Positions 57,464-64,000 of a stretch of DNA of 64,000 nucleotides are shown here, in pieces. This stretch comes from an uncultured Rickettsiales bacterium (lineage in GTDB: Bacteria > Pseudomonadota > Alphaproteobacteria > Rickettsiales > CAZNNM01). The DNA is taken from assembly GCA_964574415.1 (NCBI GenBank), contig CAZNNM010000002.1, positions 239,110 through 303,109 on the forward strand, written 5' to 3'. Numbering within the stretch: the stretch's first letter is position 1; every line of letters begins with the position of its first letter. Both the position numbers and the translations under genes were made by a program. Under the pieces are notes generated by a model that had not been told where the DNA came from, did no database searches, and saw nothing but the letters and a program-made list of their open reading frames with translations.

Positions 57464-59266
57464 ATGAGACATCCCTCTGATATTCTAAAAAAAATATACG
57501 GCTACAAATATTTCCGTGGCCAGCAAGAAACTATTATTAATGCGGTGATTGCGGGTGAGAATGTTTTTGTCTTGATGCCGACAGGCGGTGGGAAATCTTT
57601 ATGCTATCAAATTCCTGCTTTATGCCGTGATGGCGTAGGAATTGTGATCTCTCCACTGATTGCCCTCATGCAAGATCAGGTAGATGCCCTCACCCAGCTA
57701 GGCGTGCGTGCTGCTGCGATTAACTCCAGCATGGCTGCCAGCCATATCGCCGAAACCAAACGGCTGATTATGCAGGGCGAGATTGATATTGTCTATGTTG
57801 CCCCAGAACGTTTGCTGATGGATGATTTTCTGGCCTTACTGGATGAATCCCCTATCGCTTTATTTGCCATTGATGAAGCCCATTGCGTTTCGCAATGGGG
57901 GCATGATTTCAGGCCGCATTATACGCAATTATCGCTACTGGCCGAACGCTTCCCTAGCATTCCTCGTATTGCACTTACCGCTACCGCCGATGCACCAACG
58001 CGCAAAGATATTGTCGAGCGTTTACATCTGCAAGAGGGCAAAACCTTTGTGCTGGGGTTTGATCGGCCTAATATTCACTACAGCATTCTTGAAAAGAACA
58101 GCCCTAAGCAGCAATTGCTAAGCTTCCTGCGCGATCAAGGCCATGCGGAGGAATGTGGGATTGTCTATTGCCTCTCACGCGATGCAGTAGAAGAAACTGC
58201 GCAATTTCTCTGCGATCAAGGCTTTGAAGCCTATCCCTACCATGCCGGCATGCCCACCGCCGATCGCAGCCGCAATCAGGATATCTTCCTGCGCGGTGAG
58301 AAAGTAATCATGGTGGCCACTATTGCGTTTGGAATGGGAATTGATAAGCCGGATGTGCGCTTTGTGGTGCATATGAATATCCCCAAAAACATCGAAGCCT
58401 ATTACCAAGAAACTGGGCGTGCCGGACGCGATAGCCTGCCTTCACATGCGCTGATGCTCTATAGCATGGCCGATGCTGCTATGCAGCGGAATTTTATTGA
58501 TGGCTCCAATGCGCCAGACCTACAAAAACGTATTGAACATCAGAAACTCAATGCCTTGCTGGGCCTCTGCGAAGCAGCATGTTGCCGCCGCCTGGTATTG
58601 CTCGAATATTTCGGCGATTCAGGGCAAGCATGCAAGAATTGCGACACCTGCGATACACCGCCCGAAACTTTCGATGGCACAATTGCAGCGCAAAAAGCTA
58701 TATCCTGCGTATACCGCACCGATCAACGCTTCGGTGTAGCGTACCTCACCGATGTATTACTCGGCAAAACCACCGACCGTATCCAACAATTCCGCCATCA
58801 TACTGTCAGCACCTTTGGTATCGGCACAGAGTTTACCAAAAACGAATGGCAAAGTATCTTCCGCCAGTTGGTAGCGCAAAATTTACTGATGGTGGATATC
58901 ACTGAACATGGTGGTTTAAAGATCACCGCACAAGGTCGCGAATTCCTCAAAAATAAGCACGAGTTACGTCTGCGCCGTTATGTCACAAAATCCAAGAAGA
59001 AACCCGAAGGGCAGGCCAAAGCCACAGAGATCACCCTCTCCTCACACGACAACACCCTACTCATCAAACTCAAAGCCAAACGCCGCGAAATCGCTTTGGC
59101 GCAAAACGTACCGCCTTATGTTATCTTCCATGATAAGACATTGCACGAAATGGCACAGAGCAAACCACAAAGCCCAGATGAACTGCGCACGATTAGTGGT
59201 GTAGGGGAAGTGAAAATTGAGCGTTATGGAGCTGCGTTTTTGGAAGTGATTAGGGACGCTTCGTAG
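57464..59266 (+). CDS. recQ: ATP-dependent DNA helicase RecQ
   Basis: Start set at ATG 57464 (MRHPSDILKKIYGYKYFRGQQ). 600 aa with MPTGGGKSLCYQIPAL, DEAHCVSQWGHDFRP, a zinc-binding Cys cluster (CRR...CKNCDTC) and a C-terminal HRDC domain. Confidence 0.95.
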   Translation: MRHPSDILKKIYGYKYFRGQQETIINAVIAGENVFVLMPTGGGKSLCYQIPALCRDGVGIVISPLIALMQDQVDALTQLGVRAAAINSSMAASHIAETKRLIMQGEIDIVYVAPERLLMDDFLALLDESPIALFAIDEAHCVSQWGHDFRPHYTQLSLLAERFPSIPRIALTATADAPTRKDIVERLHLQEGKTFVLGFDRPNIHYSILEKNSPKQQLLSFLRDQGHAEECGIVYCLSRDAVEETAQFLCDQGFEAYPYHAGMPTADRSRNQDIFLRGEKVIMVATIAFGMGIDKPDVRFVVHMNIPKNIEAYYQETGRAGRDSLPSHALMLYSMADAAMQRNFIDGSNAPDLQKRIEHQKLNALLGLCEAACCRRLVLLEYFGDSGQACKNCDTCDTPPETFDGTIAAQKAISCVYRTDQRFGVAYLTDVLLGKTTDRIQQFRHHTVSTFGIGTEFTKNEWQSIFRQLVAQNLLMVDITEHGGLKITAQGREFLKNKHELRLRRYVTKSKKKPEGQAKATEITLSSHDNTLLIKLKAKRREIALAQNVPPYVIFHDKTLHEMAQSKPQSPDELRTISGVGEVKIERYGAAFLEVIRDAS

Positions 59267-59273
59267 TTTTACA

Positions 59274-59474
59274 GCGATGACAAGTATATCATTGCCAAAC
59301 GCCCACTTTGATCGGCGTTGTTGCATGGCTCTCGCTCTTGTCATTCCGGACTTGATCCGGAATCCACCAAGACTGGCGCTAAGAGCTGCATTCTTATAGA
59401 TCACGCTAGCATAGTAGTGGATCCCGGATCAAGTCCGGGATGACAAGGATCAATAGGTTGATCCAAGGATGATA
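59274..59474. repeat. Nested composite repeat (family D-like arms around family A 59339..59445)
   Basis: ...gatcggcgttgttgcatgg...[tgtcattccggacttgatccggaatccac...gtggatcccggatcaagtccgggatgaca]...ttgatccaaggatgataa. Confidence 0.85.
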
Positions 59475-59479
59475 ACTAA

Positions 59480-60124
59480 CTACAGCACCCCCAACACCTC
59501 ATCCACCGCACCATTCCTTGTCACCTTCACCACTGCCACATCCGTATACTCTTTAAGCGCTTCCGCCATCTCTTTCACAGAAAGCGCCCCCTTCTCCACC
59601 TCATTCACCACAATCGCCCGCACCACTACCCCTTGCTGTTCAAGGGTTATCAAAGCAGTCAGCGTATGGCTGATAGCGCCGAGATAGGTGTTAGCCACCA
59701 GAATCACAGGGATTTCCAGCGCGGTTATCAGATCCAGGAACGTGGTTTTCTCCGTCAGCGGAGACATCACACCACCTGCACCTTCAATGAATAGCATACC
59801 GTCATAACGCTCCAAAGCCTCATGACAAAACGCCACCACTTCTTCAAACACCACCCGTTTACCCTCTCTCGCCGCCGCCATTGGTGCAGCCAGGGGAGCC
59901 TGATAACGCCAGGGGGAAAGGGTGTCGATAGCATCTCTAGCAAGCCCTAACGCTTCGATTAACCGCAACGTATCATTCTGCGCTACCTCTTCCACCCAAC
60001 CGGAAATCACTGGCTTGAGTGCGAATACCTGCTGATTACGCGCGCGGAGTGATTTGCAGAGTGCGGTGGTGAGATAGGTTTTGCCGCTATCTGTGCCAAT
60101 GGCCGTGATGAAATACGCCGTCAT
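59480..60124 (-). CDS. bioD: Dethiobiotin synthase
   Basis: 214 aa. P-loop-like GTDSGKTY and EGAGG motifs. Confidence 0.9.
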   Translation of the reverse strand: MTAYFITAIGTDSGKTYLTTALCKSLRARNQQVFALKPVISGWVEEVAQNDTLRLIEALGLARDAIDTLSPWRYQAPLAAPMAAAREGKRVVFEEVVAFCHEALERYDGMLFIEGAGGVMSPLTEKTTFLDLITALEIPVILVANTYLGAISHTLTALITLEQQGVVVRAIVVNEVEKGALSVKEMAEALKEYTDVAVVKVTRNGAVDEVLGVL

Positions 60125-60927
60125 GGCCGTTTTCCTATCAGATAGACCACCTGCCAGCTCGCCTGTAATCCTTTAGGCGTATTAAACTCCGACGCATAAT
60201 GCGCATTGAGCGATTGCAGTGTGGATTTGCCTATAAACCCAGGCCTACCACCTGCATTTTTATTGCGGGCGCCAATATGTTTAAGGCTATGAAGTAAATC
60301 TGGCAGGGCTGTAAAATACTGGCTATAGGTTTCATGCTGCACCTCAATCTGCGTAAAACCAGCATGTTGCATATGGTCATAGACGGTATTAAGAGATACA
60401 AACGGGCTGACAGGATTTTGTAGCTTATGATAAGCAAACGAAGCTTCCAACTCCTTAAGCGTACCAGGCAATAAGGTTGCCACCGCCATCACACCACCTG
60501 GCACTAACACACGGTGCATCTCGCTAAAACATGCATCCAACCGGTTCACCCATTGCAGAGTAAGCGAAGAGAAAATGCCATCGATGCTCTGCGATTGCAG
60601 GGGCAATTGCTCCACATCGCCATTGATCGTCCATGTCACACCATAAGGCGGTTCCGAGGCATAGCTTGCCGCCAAATGACACATATTATAGGCCAAATCA
60701 TATTGCAAAACTGGGAAGCGATAGCCATTCTTGCGGCATAGCTCATGGAAATATCCGGTGCCACAGCCAGCATCCAGCACATGTGCCTCTTCGCCTATCT
60801 GCTCGATAAACCGGGCAAAAAGCTGCTCAGACACATGACGCTGCACCACCGCATAGCTATCATACGTCGCCGCGGCCTTATTAAAATCCTGTTGGACGAG
60901 GCGTTTATCAAACAGCGGAGAGTTCAT
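60121..60927 (-). CDS. bioC: Malonyl-ACP O-methyltransferase BioC-like SAM methyltransferase
   Basis: Start set at ATG 60927 (MNSPLFDKRLVQQDFNKAAATYDSYAVVQ). SAM motif LDAGCGTGYF. It sits between bioH-like and bioD genes with overlapping ends. Confidence 0.8.
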   Translation of the reverse strand: MNSPLFDKRLVQQDFNKAAATYDSYAVVQRHVSEQLFARFIEQIGEEAHVLDAGCGTGYFHELCRKNGYRFPVLQYDLAYNMCHLAASYASEPPYGVTWTINGDVEQLPLQSQSIDGIFSSLTLQWVNRLDACFSEMHRVLVPGGVMAVATLLPGTLKELEASFAYHKLQNPVSPFVSLNTVYDHMQHAGFTQIEVQHETYSQYFTALPDLLHSLKHIGARNKNAGGRPGFIGKSTLQSLNAHYASEFNTPKGLQASWQVVYLIGKRP

Positions 60928-61603
60928 GATCGAGGGACTGTATTTCTTCTTTAATACGCTGGCGGATAAATGCTGGATTATGCAAATGCGGCGCATGGCC
61001 AGCATCTTCTAGCACCACCATCTGGCATTGTGGCAACAGCGCGTGGAAATAATGCGATTGTTTGACGGGAACTACCCCATCTTTTTTACCATGCACCAGC
61101 AAGGTTTTAGGAAAATGAGCGAAATCAACAGACTCACTCGAAAAATGACGCAACTCTTTCAGCCACAACAACCAGCCTTCAGGTGCAAGTTCTGGGGTTG
61201 TTAGCACTTTGGTGATTTCTTTGGCCTTACTATCCCCTTGCGCCACTAAGCTTGCAAACCGGCGAAGGGTTTTCTCAGGCTGTTTATACATCGTCTGCTC
61301 AAACGTATTAAACGTTTTCAGCGGCATCCCATCTTCTTCGGAAATAAAAGTAAACGCCGTTGAGACTAACACCAGCACTTTCGGCTTCAATATCCCTTCA
61401 TGCACCGCCCGCACGGCCAGTTGCCCACCCAGGCTCCAGCCCATCAGCACATCGCAGGGTTTATCTTTGATAAAAGGAAATAGCTCTTTAGGGCCTTCGA
61501 AATTGCGGTAGTGAATATGCAACGCTTTATGGTCGCCCGCTTCCACCAGTGAAGCAAGCGAGTCGGCGTGTTGTCCCCATCCGCTGAGTGTCATAATATG
61601 CAT
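60908..61603 (-). CDS. bioH: Alpha/beta hydrolase, BioH-like pimeloyl-ACP methyl ester esterase
   Basis: 231 aa. Nucleophile elbow GWSLGG and a C-terminal His context (DAGHAPHLHNP). It is the first gene of the bioH-bioC-bioD string. Confidence 0.7.
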   Translation of the reverse strand: MHIMTLSGWGQHADSLASLVEAGDHKALHIHYRNFEGPKELFPFIKDKPCDVLMGWSLGGQLAVRAVHEGILKPKVLVLVSTAFTFISEEDGMPLKTFNTFEQTMYKQPEKTLRRFASLVAQGDSKAKEITKVLTTPELAPEGWLLWLKELRHFSSESVDFAHFPKTLLVHGKKDGVVPVKQSHYFHALLPQCQMVVLEDAGHAPHLHNPAFIRQRIKEEIQSLDHELSAV

Positions 61604-61681
61604 ATATTCTTTATACGTGGATTACTCTGCTATGTCTAGGGGCTATGTATTTTTTCCTTGTCAAACATCTACTTGATCGCT

Positions 61682-61803
61682 CGTCATTGCATGACGTTGA
61701 TACTTGTCATCCCGGATGTGATCCGGGATCCACTGTTAGGGCAGCGTGATCTATAAGTTGAAGCGCCAGTCTGGGTGGATTCCGGGTCAAGCCCGGAATG
61801 ACA
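61682..61803. repeat. Family A palindromic repeat (61705..61803) with an adjacent small palindrome
   Basis: cgtcattgcatgacg, then tgtcatcccggatgtgatccgggatccac...ggattccgggtcaagcccggaatgaca. Confidence 0.9.
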
Positions 61804-61858
61804 AGAAAAGAGCTTAACAAAGATAGAAAAAGCCCCAGATATCTGCTATAAAGACTCT

Positions 61859-62272
61859 ATGCCTCAGAAACATACTCCTCACACCACTATCGATAACACC
61901 GCCGAAGCCCTGGCTAACCATATTCATGCGCATTTAGGGGGCGAGCGGAATAACCGTACCGTGCTGATCCAAGCCATTGAAGCACTATATGGCTCGATGG
62001 AGCGTTTTAATGAGATGATTTATCAGTGGCTTGACCCTGAAGAGATCAAAATGCTTGGCGCACTGATTGATGAAAAGCTTAAAGAGAAAAACAAAGATAA
62101 GCACAAATTCGCAGCGATTTTCCAGAGCGAGATATTTAAAAACGTGATTCAAACACTCCACCGCTTTCAAGCCGGTGCGGCTAGCTATGCAGACCATAGC
62201 CAGCCTCTCTCCCCAGATCACAGTGAAGTCAACAACACTACACGCACCGGTAAGGATGATAAGGGGAGATAA
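61859..62272 (+). CDS. Hypothetical protein
   Basis: 137-aa hydrophilic ORF. No family recognised. Confidence 0.45.
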   Translation: MPQKHTPHTTIDNTAEALANHIHAHLGGERNNRTVLIQAIEALYGSMERFNEMIYQWLDPEEIKMLGALIDEKLKEKNKDKHKFAAIFQSEIFKNVIQTLHRFQAGAASYADHSQPLSPDHSEVNNTTRTGKDDKGR

Positions 62273-62281
62273 CGCAATTAC

Positions 62282-62836
62282 TTACGCAGCCGCCTCTAGC
62301 ACGCCACCATCCAGCTCCACAATCGCAATGGCCTGCGCCGCAGCATTTACCACAGCCGCCACACGAATCGTCGATTGCACCGCCACTTTGCTAAGGCCTG
62401 CTTTCACAGCCTCTTGCACATGGGCTTCCATGCACATGCCACAGCCATTGATTGCCGATACGGCCAGAGAATAGAGCTCGAAATCGTGCTTCTCAATACC
62501 AGGATTGCCGATGATATTCATGCGGAGTTTGGCAGGCATAGCACCGAATTCTTTATCATGCACTAAGTGTACGAAACGGTAATAAACATTATTCATCGCC
62601 ATCACCGTTGCTGCTGCTTTAGCCGCATTTGCTTCCGCGTCTGACAAACCACCTTCACCAGCAATCGCATTAATTACCGCTTGATTGCGGGTTGCATAGG
62701 CAGAGGCTAATGCGATGCCGAAAATTTGGTTACGGCTTAGTTCCGGCGCACCGGTTTCACTTAATACGGTGCCAAGGTTTAATTTGATATCTTTTGCAAA
62801 ATCAGGCAATTGATCGCGTAATTGTTCGAGAGACAT
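62282..62836 (-). CDS. ahpD: Alkyl hydroperoxide reductase AhpD (carboxymuconolactone decarboxylase family)
   Basis: Start set at ATG 62836 (MSLEQLRDQLPDFAKDIKLNL), with AGGAG upstream. 184 aa with the active-site motif NGCGMCMEAH. Confidence 0.9.
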   Translation of the reverse strand: MSLEQLRDQLPDFAKDIKLNLGTVLSETGAPELSRNQIFGIALASAYATRNQAVINAIAGEGGLSDAEANAAKAAATVMAMNNVYYRFVHLVHDKEFGAMPAKLRMNIIGNPGIEKHDFELYSLAVSAINGCGMCMEAHVQEAVKAGLSKVAVQSTIRVAAVVNAAAQAIAIVELDGGVLEAAA

Positions 62837-62863
62837 GGTTACTCCTATACTATGTGGTTTCTT

Positions 62864-62949
62864 CGTCACTGCGAGGAGCGTAGCGACGTGGCAGTCCAGC
62901 GTTACTGAAAGATTTCTGGATTGCCACGCGCTTCGCGCTCGCAATGACG
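62864..62949. repeat. Family B palindromic repeat in the ahpC-ahpD spacer
   Basis: cgtcactgcgaggagcgtagcgacgtggcagtccag...ctggattgccacgcgcttcgcgctcgcaatgacg. Confidence 0.9.
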
Positions 62950-62961
62950 GGAACAGGCTGC

Positions 62962-63501
62962 TTACGCCACCTTCAAGGTTTCTTGACCTTTTTCCCAGTT
63001 ACATGGGCAAAGCTCATCGGTTTGCAGAGCATCAAGCACACGGAGTACTTCTTTCACGTTACGACCCACGCTTAAGTCGGTCACCATCACAAAGCGGATA
63101 ATGCCTTCAGGATCCACCACGAAAGTTGCACGTTGCGCCACGCCTTCAGCTTCATCAATAATGCCCAGCGATGCGCTCAGCTCACGCTTCACATCCGCAA
63201 GCATTGGGAAAGGTAGAGCATTAAGCTCTTCTTTATGCTGGCGCCATGCTAAGTGTACGAACTCGCTATCCGTGCTTGCACCCAGAACTTGCGCATCGCG
63301 GTCTGCGAATTCTTTGTTCAGTTTGCCAAATTCTGCAATCTCCGTTGGGCATACGAAAGTGAAATCTTTCGGCCAGAAGAATACTACGAGCCATTTGCCT
63401 TTATATTTATCATTATTCACATCTTCAAACGCATGTTTAAGATCATTAGATACAGTTGCTTTGAGGTTGAACGCAGGGAATTTTGAACCAACACTTAACA
63501 T
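62962..63501 (-). CDS. ahpC: Peroxiredoxin AhpC (AhpC/TSA family, 2-Cys)
   Basis: Start set at ATG 63501 (MLSVGSKFPAFNL), with AAGGAG upstream. 179 aa with peroxidatic Cys in FTFVCPTE and resolving Cys in ELCPCNW. Confidence 0.92.
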   Translation of the reverse strand: MLSVGSKFPAFNLKATVSNDLKHAFEDVNNDKYKGKWLVVFFWPKDFTFVCPTEIAEFGKLNKEFADRDAQVLGASTDSEFVHLAWRQHKEELNALPFPMLADVKRELSASLGIIDEAEGVAQRATFVVDPEGIIRFVMVTDLSVGRNVKEVLRVLDALQTDELCPCNWEKGQETLKVA

Positions 63502-63668
63502 TATTATTCTCCTTGTATAATAGTTAATGTTTATAATAGAATAGGGAAACATGATATATATTACGCTGTTTCTCCTGCTTTTATGCAACTCACAATAGCG
63601 CCCTTATAACATGAGGTAAAATATATTGTATATATAGTGATAATAGCATTTCCCTATGGTAAACGACA

Positions 63669-64000
63669 ATGAACTTACAAGACCTTAAATATCTGGTGGC
63701 TGTGGCCGATCACCGTAATTTTAGTAAAGCGGCAGCCGCCAGTTTTGTGAGCCAGCCAAGCTTAAGTATGCAAATCAAAAAGCTCGAAGAATATTTAGGC
63801 ACCCAACTCGTGGAGCGCACCAATAAGCAAGTATTTATCACACCTATTGGCCAAGAAGTCGTCGCCGTCGCACGTGGTATTTTACGTGATGCCGAGCATA
63901 TCCGCCAAATTGCTAAACAAGCCAATGACCCATTAGCAGGCGAATTGCGCTTAGGCATTATCCCAACCGTTGCACCCTATCTTCTGCCCAGCCTTCTGCC
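63669..64000 (+). CDS. oxyR: LysR-family regulator, OxyR-like (5' part; runs off the window)
   Basis: My own translation from ATG 63669 gives MNLQDLKYLVAVADHRNFSKAAAASFVSQPSLSMQIKKLEEYLGTQLVERTNKQV..., a LysR HTH. It is divergent from ahpCD. It is absent from the ORF track because no stop lies inside the window. Confidence 0.8.
   Translation, partial: MNLQDLKYLVAVADHRNFSKAAAASFVSQPSLSMQIKKLEEYLGTQLVERTNKQVFITPIGQEVVAVARGILRDAEHIRQIAKQANDPLAGELRLGIIPTVAPYLLPSLL

Noticed and set aside
59480-61603. The incomplete biotin cluster (bioH-bioC-bioD without bioF/A/B) as an anomaly
   Set aside because: Biotin genes are often split between loci. Without the rest of the genome, this is not evidence of pathway loss.
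63710-63958. 82-aa minus-strand ORF
   Set aside because: It is antisense to the clearly LysR/OxyR-like reading frame starting at 63669.

Overview
A 64-kb chromosomal segment, most consistent with an alphaproteobacterium. Supporting signs are an AddA-type helicase, an HK97/GTA-type portal, a CTTG-N18-CCTATAT RpoH-like promoter before dnaK, and the carA-carB-greA and dnaG-rpoD arrangements. Housekeeping genes include mlaFE, alr, rnd, aspS, dnaK, dnaJ, coaC/coaB, coq7, dsbB, greA, carBA, dnaG, rpoD, recQ, bioHCD and ahpCD-oxyR, plus three tRNAs: CAT, Ile-GAT and Arg-CCG. Almost every longer intergenic gap holds palindromic MITE/REP-like repeats of about 30-140 bp with TGTCAT...ATGACA ends, in at least four sequence families, and some are nested. 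I saw no rRNA, CRISPR array, transposase or integrase. Accessory content includes a relE/parE-RHH toxin-antitoxin pair and a mazEF cassette bracketed by 20-bp direct repeats. A DUF4065/Panacea-type antitoxin gene is coupled to an unrecognised two-TM protein, which is my best candidate for an undescribed toxin-antitoxin or defence pair. Other accessory content is a tandem array of five paralogous Cys-containing lipoproteins, two secreted Tyr/Asp-rich DNDxDY-repeat proteins followed by a TPR lipoprotein, a MacAB-OMF exporter, a PACE transporter, an APH(6)-like kinase, a kinase-motif hypothetical protein, and a 0.8-kb islet at tRNA-Arg flanked by a 15-bp direct repeat. Signs of gene decay or assembly problems are a perfect 599-bp tandem duplication that frameshifts dnaJ, an addA lacking its C-terminal nuclease region, an orphan phage/GTA portal gene, separate coaC and coaB ORFs, one in-frame TAA splitting a 385-codon frame, and an ambiguous rpoD start next to an A8 run. 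All functional calls rest on my recognition of motifs in the supplied translations; no database search was run.
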